Below, piece by piece: positions 11,633-23,715 of a stretch of DNA of 64,000 nt (position 1 is its first letter; each line of letters begins with the position of its first letter). The stretch is from IMG/VR virus record IMGVR_UViG_3300044630_004720. One strand, written 5' to 3'. The DNA comes from a virus (Duplodnaviria > Caudoviricetes). The translations under genes were made by a program, and so were the position numbers. The notes under the pieces were generated by a model. That model worked only from the letters and a program-made list of their open reading frames with translations. It was not told the origin of the DNA and did no database searches.

Positions 11633-12576
11633 TGGAAAAATTAGAATACAAAATATTAAAAACAACTACCGGTTTAACTTATAATCTACCTATTTTTTTA
11701 GGTCAGGGTATTAAGGATTTGGGACAAATGATTGGTTTTGACGGAGAAATAAGTCAAATAGAGCAGAAATGTAATTTTACTTATAGCGGGAGTTCAAACA
11801 ACATCAAAATTTACAACACCGTAAACACAACAAAATACCCAACGTTATTTGATGCTAACTTTACCATTAATTGGGGAGACGGGACTACAAGTTCAATATC
11901 AACATCCAATATTAATGAATCAAATGAAGTTGCATTGAAAACTGCAAACCACACTTATTCAACTTCAGGAACGTATATAATTAAAATTACATTAAACTCA
12001 CCTTGGATTGTAACCGAAGTGAAGAAAAGTGTTAAAGTACCATTTGTCCAATCTTTTGGATACCCTACCAATTTAGGAGAATTAACATTTACAATACCAT
12101 ATTCAAATCCACCAATTACTGGTGTAACACAAGATTACCTACTTGATTACCGAACGACCACAGGAACTACGAATCACACGACCATTTCCTTTTTGGGTTT
12201 AGGTAAAAGTAGAATCGATGAGAAAAAACTTTATGGTGCAACAACATCATACACAGGTGTAACCACAACAAGTGAATACAAAGAATATAATATTGACGGA
12301 TTAACATATAGAGATTATAATGACGGTTACACCTACATATCAGGTTCAACTTCAGGAAGTACAAGTACTTTCTTTACTGACGAGGTATATAACGGAATGA
12401 TAACGAGAAATGAACATTTTTTGGGATTTATCGACGAACCACAAATTTTCTCAGACATTTTTGTGGATAGAGGTAAACAAGGAATTATGGAAAAAAATTT
12501 CAGATTAACGGAAATCGACAATACCGGTGAATTGAGTGTGTACGGTAATGGATATTTTATAGTAAGAAAACAATAA
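11632..12576 (+). CDS. Virion protein with a PKD (Ig-like) domain
   Basis: FTINWGDG...ANHTYSTSGTYIIKITLNSPW is the PKD signature. Confidence 0.7.
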   Translation: MEKLEYKILKTTTGLTYNLPIFLGQGIKDLGQMIGFDGEISQIEQKCNFTYSGSSNNIKIYNTVNTTKYPTLFDANFTINWGDGTTSSISTSNINESNEVALKTANHTYSTSGTYIIKITLNSPWIVTEVKKSVKVPFVQSFGYPTNLGELTFTIPYSNPPITGVTQDYLLDYRTTTGTTNHTTISFLGLGKSRIDEKKLYGATTSYTGVTTTSEYKEYNIDGLTYRDYNDGYTYISGSTSGSTSTFFTDEVYNGMITRNEHFLGFIDEPQIFSDIFVDRGKQGIMEKNFRLTEIDNTGELSVYGNGYFIVRKQ

Positions 12577-12600
12577 AAATTATATTTATAGATAAAAAGT

Positions 12601-13512
12601 ATGGCAGTAGGTAGTTACGGAACAATAAGACCAGCAGATGTATCCCCAGCGGACGTTGATATTTTCTATCATTACGTTTCGGGAAGAACTGCCAGTGCTG
12701 AAGTTCAGTTCGAAAAATTAGATAATTCACAAGATATTTTGACCCCTGTATTCCATAATGCAAATACAGGAGGTAATGCCGATACTGAAATATTAGGTGG
12801 TTTGTATAACTTGAAATTAGAATCTTCACGATTCTCTGAATTAGGAATATATACACTTTACCTAAGACCAAAACAAATTAGAACCACGGTTTCGGATTGT
12901 GGTGTCTTATCGTCACTTCCTTCTGTTAGAGGTTTGGTAATTGATTTAAGTGTAATAGACCCCGCAGATAGAAATAAATTTACACCACAAGGATTGGTAG
13001 GGTATAGAATAGAATATTTGGACGCCGATTCGGGTGCAAAAATTCCTAATTTCTTTAGAATAGTTACATCATCCTTTTATTGTGAACCAATTACCTCAAA
13101 CTTAAGTAATTCATCACAAAAAGCAATTAGATACCGTTATTCCGATATTGCAACCAATTTAATGTTTTTAACATTAACACCAAGTTCATCACCAACTAGT
13201 AGACCCAACACCATTCCGTTTATTGGTCAACCGAACCAAAGTATCATTTTATCGAACACCTTTTTCAATCCTGTTATGTTAGAGATTGATATGGTAGAAC
13301 ACGACGCAACAACATTGGCACACGCACTTTACGGTAACCAAAGTAAGTCGGTTGAGGATGGTATTTACACGATTTATGACCAAAATAATAATATCTATAA
13401 GCAATTTAACTTATATGAAATCAAAGATGATGTTAATGAAACGTTATACGAAATTAGAGAAAAACGTGATAACATTGACGAATCATTAAATTTTGATGTT
13501 ATAACTGAATAA
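12601..13512 (+). CDS. Hypothetical virion/baseplate protein
   Basis: 303-aa ORF preceded by TATTTATA and coupled to the 2446-aa gene. Confidence 0.6.
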   Translation: MAVGSYGTIRPADVSPADVDIFYHYVSGRTASAEVQFEKLDNSQDILTPVFHNANTGGNADTEILGGLYNLKLESSRFSELGIYTLYLRPKQIRTTVSDCGVLSSLPSVRGLVIDLSVIDPADRNKFTPQGLVGYRIEYLDADSGAKIPNFFRIVTSSFYCEPITSNLSNSSQKAIRYRYSDIATNLMFLTLTPSSSPTSRPNTIPFIGQPNQSIILSNTFFNPVMLEIDMVEHDATTLAHALYGNQSKSVEDGIYTIYDQNNNIYKQFNLYEIKDDVNETLYEIREKRDNIDESLNFDVITE

Positions 13513-16500
13513 TGGCAACAAGGAAAGTCCCTAGTCAGGCGGCAAGTGGTGGTGAAACTTTTAATGACAAGCTGATTGGTCTACAGATTACAGACGGTAG
13601 TTCTCAGCTGGCTAACACCGCGTTCCTTATAGATAGAGTAATTCCAGAAAAAGACAGTAAGAATTTTTTAACCCAACCCTTTTCTGATTTTCTAACATTA
13701 GATACATTACAAGAAGAGACAAGTCAGATTTACGAAAATAACTCAACAAGTACTTCATTTGAAAGAAGTAAAAAGATTAAGTTTCACAATTCAAAATCTG
13801 ATGCGACAAAATCATTGTTTGGTTCTTTAAGTGTTAGGTTAAGTGTTGCAGTTTCAAATGTTATAGAAAAATATCCGGCAGCGATGTTAGTCGATGTTGA
13901 CTCTCCGGTGTCAACAACAAGTATCAGTGCTGAAGACATTTCATATGACGGTATTGCCAATACCACACAATTTAAATTTAAGAAGTCTTTAATTTACAAT
14001 CCGTTCGACATTGTTATACAACAACCAGAATCAGTTGTAATTTTAAATTCTAAAAACACATATAGAGATTTTTATTCTTCATATACAAAATATGTAATTG
14101 ATAATTTAAGCGGCTCAACCTATGAAATCTTATCTTATGATGAACCAGATAATAATGGTTACATTAATTTAAGAGTTTCAGGTAAGTGTTTTGCAAATAC
14201 AACGGGGTATACCGAAAATTATTTGATAAGACCAAATAATGGTGTTACTGAAGAATTTTTTAATAGTTTAGACGAACTAGAAACATCATTAGTCGATAGA
14301 GAATCATATCCAAAATACACCGCGTCATTTAGAATTCCAATGGATTTATATGACGGGGCGGTTAGTGAATTACAAACAGAAACCGCAACTTGGCCAATAT
14401 CTAGAGATGGATGGAACTTACAAATTATCGGTTTAGATTATGAATCTTACATTACAAGATTAAGTAACATTGGTAATATCGTTGATGATTACAAATCAAA
14501 TTTAATTATTAGATTTTTATCATCACCACAACTTTTCGAATTTGATACCGAAGAAAAAAAGGCGGAAGCAATTTTCCAACTTTATGGTCAAAGTTTTGAC
14601 AAGGTAAAAAAATTCATAGACAATATTGCTTATATGAGGAATGTTAGTTATGACAAAACTAACAATGTTCCTGATGTATTGTTAAAAAACCTATCCGAAA
14701 CTTTAGGATTATCAACAGTAAATTTATACGATGAGAAATCGTTACAGGATACCTTATACACAAGACATACACAACAATATGATGGTGTATTAACAGGATT
14801 AAACTTGTTAGAAGGTGAATATGAGTTTTATAGAAGATTAATTGTAAACTTAGCACATTTATATAAAACGAAAGGTACAAGGTTAGCCATTGAATTTTTC
14901 TTAAAGTTCATAGGTGCTCCTGAACCAATGATTAGGTTGGACGAATACATCTATAAAGTAGATGGATTATTACCAAAATCAACGTATGAGAATGACATCA
15001 GAGAAGTAATTTTAGGTGTTAAAGAATTCCATACGATGGAATTTGTTCCAACAACCACAACGATAAATGGTACAACATATTCAGCATACACATATCGATT
15101 AGTTACCACATCGGGTTCCACAACATTAACAAGAGACGAATATCCTGTTTATAGTGATGGAACACCAAAAGCAAAAAATAGTTTAGATGGTAGTCATTAT
15201 TTCGCTAAAGGTGCTGGTTGGTATAGAAAAACATTAGACCATAGGTCAATTGATATATTAGATACTGAAAATTCAGTTTTAACAGGAAATACTAAAGTAT
15301 TAAAAACCAAATCAAAACCGTTCACATATGGTGAAGATTATTTTAATGTTTATAGAAAATTACCCGGTTTAGATTATGGATACGATTTAAATGGAGAAAT
15401 CAATAATGATAAAACAGAAATTATTGATGATAGTGAAGTTGAACATATTTTAAATAGAAAAAATGTAAACATTTTCTTAGACGGTTCAAGAGCGATTGAC
15501 TATGACATCTACACAAAAAGTAGAAACTTAAGTTTAACATTTGGTACATTACCACCACAAGAAAAACCTTCTTTTGCTGAGTTTTTAAAGGAGGCAATTA
15601 GTAACGTTATTCGAAATTCTAATACTATTAAGTATAGAAAAGAGTATCGTTTATTAAAGAAGGTTTATGAAGACTATGCAAATAGTAATGGATTCACTCC
15701 ATACAACTATATTAAAATAAATGAATTCATTCAAAGAATGAGTCCATATTGGGTTAATATAATTGACCAATTTGTTCCTGCAACAACTCAATGGTTGGGA
15801 GGTAATTTAATTGAAAACGGAACATTCGGAAGGTCTAAATTTCAATACAAACAACCTTGTACACCAAAAGAATTTGTTGAAGTTCTATATCCTGATTTTG
15901 AAACTGTAATTGAAGAAGATTTAGAAACAATATTAGGAGGGGGTACAACAACATATGAAGCATCAAATTATGATAGTTTAAGGGGATTATCAATATTAAC
16001 TGGTTTAACATACACAATTTATTTAAGAATAAATGATGTTGAATTTAATCAGAGTACATCAGTTTTAAATGATGAGATATTTGGAACCGGTTTCACTTCA
16101 ACAGCATCTTGTCTTCCTTTAGTATATACGGGTTCAACATCAGGTATACCACTTATTTGTGGATATAAGGGTGACTATAGTAATAGTGATAGTACCGTAA
16201 ATGGAATTAATAATTGGCAGGGAATTAACTTAGATTTACCAACAATAAAAACTATTTGGAAAAATAGTTTAACAAGTTTGGTACAAAAAATTAACGATGG
16301 TTTAACGGGTTTAACTGAAAACAATACAATTACAAAAATCACATTTGATGATTATGGTTGTATTGATGAATATGCACCATATACCGCTCAAACAAATACT
16401 TCTAGTTGTAGGCAAGTCACAAAGAATTCATTATCCGTAAACTTTTTTATTGATACTGATGGTGTTGAGAAAGCTAAATTCATATTGGACACAACAGATT

Positions 16501-19500
16501 GTAGAAACGGTGAAGATATTGATTTTTACTTTGAACCAATCTATGGAATAAAAGAAGAAGAATGTGGTTTAAAGGTTGTTGCCGCAGGTCCTTGTATACC
16601 ATATAGTGGAGATATAGAAAACTGTCAATTAGTTGAAGATGTTTATATTTTCGTATCAGGTTTTACAGGTATTGAAGCGGACACTATATGGGATGTTAAT
16701 TTTTATATTACAAGTGGAACCACCTGTGATACTGGTGTATGCACCAATTGTGAGTTTATTGAAATAAATGACCCAAAACCAATACAAAGAGGGGTTAACC
16801 CATCTACATTAGCAGTACAAAATTGTGTAACTACAGGTGATGTTACAGGTAAAGTTTACGTTATACCGGCAGTTAAAGAAACCGATGTGTATGATATTAT
16901 AGTATCAGACGCATCAAACTGTGAACAGAAAATTAGAATAGAAGGATTACAAAGAAAAATTGTACAATTATCTGACGAAGTTAGTGGATACACAATTAAT
17001 CCTAAAGTACAATATAAAACATCATTTGATTATGGTTTAAAGAAAGGTAGTAAAGTATACAAATATGTAAGCAACGGAATACCAACAACTTGGAATGATT
17101 TACAAACACATATTCTTTCTGGTTACACGGTTGAAGTGTTAATAGACGACATTCAAATCGGTGATGTAATATTATCGATAGAACAAAAAGATTGTGGAGA
17201 ACTGCCATCAAACCTATTTAATTTTATTGATGACCAAGGATATCAATTTACGTTTGACTATAAATGGGTTACGGTTAATAGAAAAGAATGTTTCTCTTCT
17301 ATTAAGAAAGATATCATAAATGATGAATTTGAAATTTTACCAACTAGTAAAGTTTTAGTATACACTAATATTGATGAAAATTTACAACCAATTCCGTATC
17401 AATTTAAATTCAAACATCCTGAAGATTTATTTGTAAGACCCGAACAACCTGAAGAACCTTGTTGTGAATATCCTGAAAATTATTTTCAAAGTGGTGATTT
17501 CTTAATCAACCAATTTGGTTTTCCAATAGAAGTAACAAGTGTAGATTTAAATTATTGTGATAGAGGAATTTATTATACGTTGGTAACAACAAATGATGAA
17601 TTATCTACAAATAGCAATAACATTATTGTAAATGGTAAGTCAGGGGAGACAGACAGATTAATAGTTTCTTTCATTAATAATTCAAAACAAGACGGAACAT
17701 CAAGTTCATTTAAATTCGAATGTTTAGATATTGACATTGAGGAGTGGTACTATGGTTACATTTGTGATACGGGTAAAACAATAACAAGAGACATAGATTG
17801 TACTGATAGTGTTTGTTCACAATCACCAGTAAGTAGTAGTACCTGTGAGGCGTTTGTTGGTGAAATAACAACTCCTACACCTACCCCAACCCCAAGTCCT
17901 ACTCCAACACCGACCGCAACACCTACACCAACTGCAACTGCAACGCCGACTGTAACGCCAACGCCGACTGCTACGCCAACACCAACCGCAACGGGTACAC
18001 CAACACCTACACCAACTGCAACACCTACACCAACATCAACTCCTACCCCAACACCAACTGCAACAGGTACACCAACACCTACTCCAACCCCTACCTCAAC
18101 ACCAATATGTGATTTTGATATTGATGTGGTTGTAACATACACAACAGCGACACCAACTCCTACTCCTACGGCAACCCCTACACCTACCGCAACACCGGTT
18201 TGTGATTTTGATATTGATATTGTTGTGGCAACATCAACCCCAACCCCAACACCTACGCCAACACCAACACCAACTGCAACACCAATATGTGATTTTGATA
18301 TTGACATTGTTGTAGTAACAGCAACCGCAACCCCTACACCAACACCTACGGCAACAGGCACTCCAACTCCAACTCCGACCGCAACACCAGTTTGTGAGTT
18401 TGACATTGATGTTGTGGTAGTATTAGCAACTGCAACTCCTACACCAACACCGACAGCAACGTCTACACCAACACCGACACCTACTTCAACCCCAATATGT
18501 GATTTTGATATCGACGTGGATATATTAACATCTACGCCAACACCAACCCCAACCGCAACACCTACACCTACACCAACAGAGACTGGAACACCGACACCTA
18601 CACCAACATCTACTCCAATTTGTGAGTTTGATATTGATGTTGTAGTGGTAACATCGACTGTAACTCCCACACCAACAGCAACAAGTACACCAACCCCTAC
18701 ACCGACTCCAACGGTTGACCCTTGTATAGATTGTCCTGAAGGTTATGTATGGACATATGTTGGAGATGGAATTTGCACCTCAACTGATGTTGTATCTGCA
18801 ACTCCACCAACGTCATCATATACTGCGTTTGAAAGAAAGTACTTTGAGTACAGTATGAGTGGTACAACGGTTTATCAATCAGGTTGGAATATAAATGGTA
18901 CAGGTACATCACAAGTACAATTAAACACTGCAAATCTTTGGAAGAATACAACTGGAACGTCTCCAAGTAATCCAGGTAACGGACCATTAAACAGAACAGG
19001 GCTATGGGCAAATCTTGACACTGCGGACCCAATTGATTATCCATTACAAACGTGGTTAGGATTTAATGCTTGTATCACAGGATTTACAGGTGGATTATAT
19101 TATGTAGGTATTGGTGCCGATAACGAATTCAGATTAGAAGTTGATGGTGTTGTTGTGTTAGACACATTTGCCAATTCAGGTCTTAATGAGCTAGCTAAAT
19201 TTAGAACTTGGCACGTTTACCCTGTAACATTAAGTGCGGGAGACCACATCATTGGATTGTATGGTTATAACTTATTAGGAAATCAAACGAATCCAGCAGG
19301 ATTTGGTTGTGAAATATATGATAACACATTAGCAGAATTAACAGGAGCAACATCAGTAAACGATTTGAATATCGTGTTCACCTCAACAGACTTTATTGGT
19401 GATATTATCCCTGTTGTTAAAGATGTAAATGGTGTTTATTTAGCGTCAGGATATACTTGTCCAACAGGATATGAATACGCACAATGTACAGGAAATTGTT

Positions 19501-20852
19501 GGAAGACAATATATTGTCCTGATAATACTACACCAACTCCTACACCAACCGTAACACCAACTCCTACAGAGACCGGAACACCAACACCTACGCCGACACC
19601 AACTGATACGGGTACACCAACACCAACGCCAACGGCAACTCCTACTCCAACTCCTACACCAACTGCAACACCGGTTTGTGAATTCGGAATTGAGGTAATT
19701 GTTATACCGGCGACACCAACCCCTACACCTACCGCAACACCAACCCCTACACCTACTGAAACAGGTACCCCAACTCCAACCCCAACGTCGACTCCAATAT
19801 GTGAGTTCGATATTGATGTCGTTGTGGTACAACCAACAAGTACACCTACACCGACCGCAACTCCGACTTCAACGCCAACACCTACACCAACCGATACCGC
19901 AACACCAACACCTACCCCTACATCTACAATAGATTGTACGTTTGAAGCGTCATTCACAGAATATTTCGAATCAACACCAACACCAACACCTACCCCAACA
20001 CCAACAATCACACCGATATGTTGTGTATCAGGAGTTACATTAAATGTAACAGACCCAGGATGGATTAAATTTAAACTATGTGACGGAACGGATGAATATC
20101 GTGAATACACTACTACAGGTACTAAAGTTATCACCGAATGTATTCAACAAAATAGTGTTGCGGTTGGTGTACCATACGCTGACTTAGCCGCGTTCACAGT
20201 TAGTGGAGGAGGTACAAATTGTGGAGGAGATTGTCCTCCGGCAATTGTGATTGATGAGAACACAAAAATTAACATATTCTTTGATAGTTCGGGTTCTATG
20301 AACGACACGTTACCACCATTACAAACAATGAGAAATTCAACATTGAAGAATTGTTTATTACCATTCTATAATAACAATAGTGCAAAATATGATAGTTTAG
20401 TAACAATTACATCATATCCGAATGAAAGAACATTTTTTTGGTTAACAACAACTAGTGGAACCACTACAAATGTTTCAAAAGTTATAAACCTTGTGTTTAC
20501 TGATGAAAACTCACCATACGGAGCTGGTCAAGAACACACAACTCAATGGAATACAAGAACATCAGACTATAACACAGATATGTCTCTGTTAAGAAGTGTT
20601 TTAAATCGTACACCTAATTCAGAATATTATAGAGCAATAATTTTTAGAGTACAGGGATATAACGTATTCAGTAATTTCTTAACAGCAGTATTCAATGGTA
20701 CGGGTTCATACTCAGGAACGAATGGATTGTCTGATAAAACTAATATGGTAAGTTTTATTCCAAATGTAACAGCGGCATCGACAGCTCAATATTACACAAA
20801 CCAAATAATAAGTGCAATTAATACTTTAGGATATAACTTAAGTCCGTGTTGA
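13512..20852 (+). CDS. Giant baseplate/tail protein: P2 gpI-like wedge domain, degenerate Hint-fold segment, Pro-Thr stalks, PA14-like domain, C-terminal vWA-like domain
   Basis: [15 protein letters not shown]...[24 protein letters not shown] (gpI-like, ~14660-14905). [16 protein letters not shown]...[10 protein letters not shown] (PA14-like). [11 protein letters not shown] (vWA MIDAS DxSxS, from ~20265). Long (PT)n tracts. Confidence 0.7.
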   Translation: MATRKVPSQAASGGETFNDKLIGLQITDGSSQLANTAFLIDRVIPEKDSKNFLTQPFSDFLTLDTLQEETSQIYENNSTSTSFERSKKIKFHNSKSDATKSLFGSLSVRLSVAVSNVIEKYPAAMLVDVDSPVSTTSISAEDISYDGIANTTQFKFKKSLIYNPFDIVIQQPESVVILNSKNTYRDFYSSYTKYVIDNLSGSTYEILSYDEPDNNGYINLRVSGKCFANTTGYTENYLIRPNNGVTEEFFNSLDELETSLVDRESYPKYTASFRIPMDLYDGAVSELQTETATWPISRDGWNLQIIGLDYESYITRLSNIGNIVDDYKSNLIIRFLSSPQLFEFDTEEKKAEAIFQLYGQSFDKVKKFIDNIAYMRNVSYDKTNNVPDVLLKNLSETLGLSTVNLYDEKSLQDTLYTRHTQQYDGVLTGLNLLEGEYEFYRRLIVNLAHLYKTKGTRLAIEFFLKFIGAPEPMIRLDEYIYKVDGLLPKSTYENDIREVILGVKEFHTMEFVPTTTTINGTTYSAYTYRLVTTSGSTTLTRDEYPVYSDGTPKAKNSLDGSHYFAKGAGWYRKTLDHRSIDILDTENSVLTGNTKVLKTKSKPFTYGEDYFNVYRKLPGLDYGYDLNGEINNDKTEIIDDSEVEHILNRKNVNIFLDGSRAIDYDIYTKSRNLSLTFGTLPPQEKPSFAEFLKEAISNVIRNSNTIKYRKEYRLLKKVYEDYANSNGFTPYNYIKINEFIQRMSPYWVNIIDQFVPATTQWLGGNLIENGTFGRSKFQYKQPCTPKEFVEVLYPDFETVIEEDLETILGGGTTTYEASNYDSLRGLSILTGLTYTIYLRINDVEFNQSTSVLNDEIFGTGFTSTASCLPLVYTGSTSGIPLICGYKGDYSNSDSTVNGINNWQGINLDLPTIKTIWKNSLTSLVQKINDGLTGLTENNTITKITFDDYGCIDEYAPYTAQTNTSSCRQVTKNSLSVNFFIDTDGVEKAKFILDTTDCRNGEDIDFYFEPIYGIKEEECGLKVVAAGPCIPYSGDIENCQLVEDVYIFVSGFTGIEADTIWDVNFYITSGTTCDTGVCTNCEFIEINDPKPIQRGVNPSTLAVQNCVTTGDVTGKVYVIPAVKETDVYDIIVSDASNCEQKIRIEGLQRKIVQLSDEVSGYTINPKVQYKTSFDYGLKKGSKVYKYVSNGIPTTWNDLQTHILSGYTVEVLIDDIQIGDVILSIEQKDCGELPSNLFNFIDDQGYQFTFDYKWVTVNRKECFSSIKKDIINDEFEILPTSKVLVYTNIDENLQPIPYQFKFKHPEDLFVRPEQPEEPCCEYPENYFQSGDFLINQFGFPIEVTSVDLNYCDRGIYYTLVTTNDELSTNSNNIIVNGKSGETDRLIVSFINNSKQDGTSSSFKFECLDIDIEEWYYGYICDTGKTITRDIDCTDSVCSQSPVSSSTCEAFVGEITTPTPTPTPSPTPTPTATPTPTATATPTVTPTPTATPTPTATGTPTPTPTATPTPTSTPTPTPTATGTPTPTPTPTSTPICDFDIDVVVTYTTATPTPTPTATPTPTATPVCDFDIDIVVATSTPTPTPTPTPTPTATPICDFDIDIVVVTATATPTPTPTATGTPTPTPTATPVCEFDIDVVVVLATATPTPTPTATSTPTPTPTSTPICDFDIDVDILTSTPTPTPTATPTPTPTETGTPTPTPTSTPICEFDIDVVVVTSTVTPTPTATSTPTPTPTPTVDPCIDCPEGYVWTYVGDGICTSTDVVSATPPTSSYTAFERKYFEYSMSGTTVYQSGWNINGTGTSQVQLNTANLWKNTTGTSPSNPGNGPLNRTGLWANLDTADPIDYPLQTWLGFNACITGFTGGLYYVGIGADNEFRLEVDGVVVLDTFANSGLNELAKFRTWHVYPVTLSAGDHIIGLYGYNLLGNQTNPAGFGCEIYDNTLAELTGATSVNDLNIVFTSTDFIGDIIPVVKDVNGVYLASGYTCPTGYEYAQCTGNCWKTIYCPDNTTPTPTPTVTPTPTETGTPTPTPTPTDTGTPTPTPTATPTPTPTPTATPVCEFGIEVIVIPATPTPTPTATPTPTPTETGTPTPTPTSTPICEFDIDVVVVQPTSTPTPTATPTSTPTPTPTDTATPTPTPTSTIDCTFEASFTEYFESTPTPTPTPTPTITPICCVSGVTLNVTDPGWIKFKLCDGTDEYREYTTTGTKVITECIQQNSVAVGVPYADLAAFTVSGGGTNCGGDCPPAIVIDENTKINIFFDSSGSMNDTLPPLQTMRNSTLKNCLLPFYNNNSAKYDSLVTITSYPNERTFFWLTTTSGTTTNVSKVINLVFTDENSPYGAGQEHTTQWNTRTSDYNTDMSLLRSVLNRTPNSEYYRAIIFRVQGYNVFSNFLTAVFNGTGSYSGTNGLSDKTNMVSFIPNVTAASTAQYYTNQIISAINTLGYNLSPC
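17871..18716 (+). repeat. Pro-Thr low-complexity array with six P[IV]C[DE]FDID[VI] nodes
   Basis: Degenerate (ACN CCN)n codon repeats interrupted about every 35-45 aa by the conserved Cys-containing strand. Confidence 0.95.
19530..20012 (+). repeat. Second Pro-Thr array with C[ET]F nodes
   Basis: [24 protein letters not shown] and IDCTFEASF separated by (PT)n. Confidence 0.9.
19629..19711 (+). repeat. 83-bp direct repeat, copy 1 (1 mismatch versus 21202-21284)
   Basis: ccaacggcaactcctac[t/a]ccaactcctacaccaactgcaacaccggtttgtgaattcggaattgaggtaattgttataccggc, aligned by eye. Confidence 0.9.
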
Positions 20853-20871
20853 TAGATAATTAAAATAATAG

Positions 20872-22356
20872 ATGGCAAGATATTTTTACATATTAATTAC
20901 AGGAGGAACATCATCAGGACCTTACTCTGCGTATTATGATACTGTGAGTTCTTCTAACTATGCCACAAAAATCAGCACAAATTTACCCGCAACTGGTATG
21001 ACATATAATGATTTGACAACAGGTCAAGGAGTTAATGTATCGATACCAGACGGAAGTACTTCAATTATTTTATATAATGAATTATGTAATAGTGATATTA
21101 CTTTAATATTCCCAACACCAACCCCAACCCCTACACCTACGGCAACAGGTACACCGACCCCTACACCGACAGTAACACCAACTGAAACTCCAGAACCTAC
21201 ACCAACGGCAACTCCTACACCAACTCCTACACCAACTGCAACACCGGTTTGTGAATTCGGAATTGAGGTAATTGTTATACCGGCAACTCCAACCCCAACA
21301 CCAACACCTACTAACACATCAACCCCAACTCCAACCCCAACACCAACGGATACAGCCACTCCAACCCCAACTCCTACTAACACCCCTACGCCTACACCAA
21401 CTAACACCCCAACTCCTACACCGACCGCAACACCAATATGTGAGTTTGGAATTGACGTTGTGGTAATACCTGCAACTGCTACACCAACACCTACACCAAC
21501 TGCAACACCTACGAATACACCAACCGCAACACCAACACCTACACCTACGGCGACACCAACTGATACACCAACACCTACGCCGACACCGACCGCAACACCT
21601 ACTAACACTCCTACGCCAACACCAACTAACACCCCAACTCCTACACCAACTGCAACACCAATATGTGAATTTGGAATTTATGTTACTGTAATACCAGCAA
21701 CTGCAACTCCTACGCCAACACCTACGAATACACCAACACCAACACCTACTAACACTCCTACACCTACACCTACGGCGACTCCAACAGATACGCCTACACC
21801 GACACCTACGGCGACTCCAACAGATACGCCTACACCAACACCAACTAACACTCCAACTCCTACACCTACGGCCACTCCGACATCAACACCAACACCATTA
21901 CCTTGTGTGGCTGAAATTACAAATGTAAGTAATCCAACAAGTTGTGGTAACAATATTGATGGTTCATTCACATTAACATCTTCAGGTGGTGTTTGGAATA
22001 GAACTTATGAACTATTTAAAGATAGTTCGTTCCCATATGAAACAACTGGAGGTATCTCAATTCAAACTTGGACTGACGTAACAGAATTTGGTAAAAATAT
22101 TTCAGTTACAGGATTAGAACCAGGTGGATACTATTTGAAAATTACAGATGTTGGTGGATGTGTTGATTACAGTGAAGTTGTGGTATTACCATTCGATGAT
22201 ACACCTTGCGTCACACCAACACCTACGCCATCAGTACAATACTGTTATACGGACGGAAATGGTATAGTACAAGGACCATTCTCGACATTACAAGAATGTA
22301 CAGCGAATTCTGGCGCTAGAGTATGTGAACAATGTGTTGGTGAACCAATAACTTAA
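20872..22356 (+). CDS. Pro-Thr-rich virion appendage protein with an SprB-like repeat and a Cys-rich C-terminal module
   Basis: (PT)n with PxCEFGI nodes. [18 protein letters not shown]...[18 protein letters not shown] resembles an SprB repeat. Ends YCY...GPFSTLQEC...CEQCVGEP. Confidence 0.65.
   Translation: MARYFYILITGGTSSGPYSAYYDTVSSSNYATKISTNLPATGMTYNDLTTGQGVNVSIPDGSTSIILYNELCNSDITLIFPTPTPTPTPTATGTPTPTPTVTPTETPEPTPTATPTPTPTPTATPVCEFGIEVIVIPATPTPTPTPTNTSTPTPTPTPTDTATPTPTPTNTPTPTPTNTPTPTPTATPICEFGIDVVVIPATATPTPTPTATPTNTPTATPTPTPTATPTDTPTPTPTPTATPTNTPTPTPTNTPTPTPTATPICEFGIYVTVIPATATPTPTPTNTPTPTPTNTPTPTPTATPTDTPTPTPTATPTDTPTPTPTNTPTPTPTATPTSTPTPLPCVAEITNVSNPTSCGNNIDGSFTLTSSGGVWNRTYELFKDSSFPYETTGGISIQTWTDVTEFGKNISVTGLEPGGYYLKITDVGGCVDYSEVVVLPFDDTPCVTPTPTPSVQYCYTDGNGIVQGPFSTLQECTANSGARVCEQCVGEPIT
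21112..21897 (+). repeat. Pro-Thr array with three P[IV]CEFGI nodes
   Basis: Same architecture as the arrays in the upstream gene. Confidence 0.95.
21202..21284 (+). repeat. 83-bp direct repeat, copy 2
   Basis: Same codon phase as copy 1 (both begin with CCA, Pro). Confidence 0.9.
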
Positions 22357-22457
22357 AAGTATATGTCGAAGAGCTCAGATTGTTTGTACACAATTTGAAG
22401 TTTAAGACTTTAGAATAATAATAAAAAATAAGATATTTATATAGAAACCAAACAGAA

Positions 22458-22919
22458 ATGAAAAATCAAAAAGGAGGATGTTTAATCCAAGGAACTTTAA
22501 TTACATTATCCGATGATACCACCAAGTCAATAGAAAACATTGAAGTGGGTGATATTGTAAAATCAATGGTATATGACAGTGAAACAAGTGGATTCACAGA
22601 AACAACAGGAACAGTTGTTGAATTACAACAAGTTGAAGCCACTGTAGTGTTTTCATTGAACGAAGGTTTAATAACTGTGTCAGAAGACCATAAAAATATT
22701 GTAAAGCAATCAGAATCAGGAAATATTGTTGTAACAGAAACTGAATTTGTTTCTGTAGGTGACAAATTATTTGACATAAACGGAGCAGAAGTTGAAATTA
22801 CAAGTAAAGATGAAATTGAAACACCTCAAACTGTTTATAACATCGTTGTAGATAATACACATAGTTTCTTTGCCAATAATATTTTAACACATAATCAAAT
22901 TCTACCAACAGAAGAATAA
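22458..22919 (+). CDS. Stand-alone Hint (bacterial intein-like, BIL-type) domain protein
   Basis: Block A CLIQGTLITLSD...IENIEVGDIV, block B ITVSEDH, block F/G VYNIVVDNTHSFFANNILTHN. Only 7 aa of flank on each side (MKNQKGG / QILPTEE). Confidence 0.88.
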   Translation: MKNQKGGCLIQGTLITLSDDTTKSIENIEVGDIVKSMVYDSETSGFTETTGTVVELQQVEATVVFSLNEGLITVSEDHKNIVKQSESGNIVVTETEFVSVGDKLFDINGAEVEITSKDEIETPQTVYNIVVDNTHSFFANNILTHNQILPTEE

Positions 22920-22932
22920 ATTTTAAAACAAT

Positions 22933-23619
22933 ATGTTAGTAACATTTTATTTATCAGGACCATATTCATCAACAACAGTATCAAGTAAATTTACGATTGT
23001 TGGTAACCCGGGTGCGGAAACATTTACGGGAGTAACTAAAACACAATTGTTAACGGGACATTCGTTAACTTTCTCAGAATCGGTAACGGGTGGTACAGTA
23101 ACAACAACCGAACCTGAAACTTGCGTTGGTACAGTTGTTAACTGGTTTGTTGAACCACAAACAACCCCAACCCCAACCCCAACTCCAACACAAACACAAG
23201 GAGATGGATATTGTTACAGCTATGAAGTTAGTGATACTGTAAATCAAAATAATTATGGTGTAAGATATACTGACCCTAACGTTGGTACAAGTCAAGATGT
23301 TAAATTTGATATGTTAATGGGAATTGATGATAATGGTTTCACAACATTTAACATATGTAGTACTGTTGACCCAACATTGTTAGATTACACAATAGCACCA
23401 CCTAACCCTACTGGCGTTGGTTCAGTACCTGGCGTGGCACGTTTTGGTGGTCTTACTCCTTGTACATCATCTCTTGGTTGTACATCATCATCAGGACCTG
23501 AATACTGTTATGTGAATGGACAATCTGTAGTAGTGGGACCATTCTCTACATTACAAGAATGTCAGGACGCTGCAGGTTCGTTTATATGTAGCCAATGTTT
23601 TGGTGAACCAGAACCTTAA
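22933..23619 (+). CDS. Cys-rich virion appendage protein with a short PT linker
   Basis: Shares the C-terminal YCY...GPFSTLQEC...C.QC.GEP module with 20872-22356. Confidence 0.6.
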   Translation: MLVTFYLSGPYSSTTVSSKFTIVGNPGAETFTGVTKTQLLTGHSLTFSESVTGGTVTTTEPETCVGTVVNWFVEPQTTPTPTPTPTQTQGDGYCYSYEVSDTVNQNNYGVRYTDPNVGTSQDVKFDMLMGIDDNGFTTFNICSTVDPTLLDYTIAPPNPTGVGSVPGVARFGGLTPCTSSLGCTSSSGPEYCYVNGQSVVVGPFSTLQECQDAAGSFICSQCFGEPEP

Positions 23620-23643
23620 AAGTATAATTAAAATCATAAAATT

Positions 23644-23671
23644 AAACCCCTTTATTTTAAGGGGTTTTTTT
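23644..23671 (+). terminator. Intrinsic terminator
   Basis: AAACCCCTT-tatttt-AAGGGGTTT followed by TTTT. Confidence 0.85.
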
Positions 23672-23715
23672 ATGGTTTATTTTTAATAAAAAAAAGGATA
23701 TACTATTTATGTATT

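Noticed and set aside
17871-21897. Repeat-spacer-like pattern that could suggest a CRISPR array
   Set aside because: The repeats are degenerate, in-frame protein repeats with synonymous variation inside long ORFs. No cas genes are present; the PD-(D/E)XK gene sits in a replication operon.
17756-21971. Long minus-strand ORFs rich in VGVGV (17756-18670, 19436-20134, 21024-21632, 21678-21971; also 26105-26443)
   Set aside because: They are the antisense shadow of (Pro-Thr)n codons, which lack stops on the opposite strand. There is no independent coding signal.
22362-22400. Weak hairpin (CAGATTGT/ACAATTTG) in the intergenic gap before the Hint gene
   Set aside because: AT-rich with a G-U pair and no U-tract; not distinguishable from chance.
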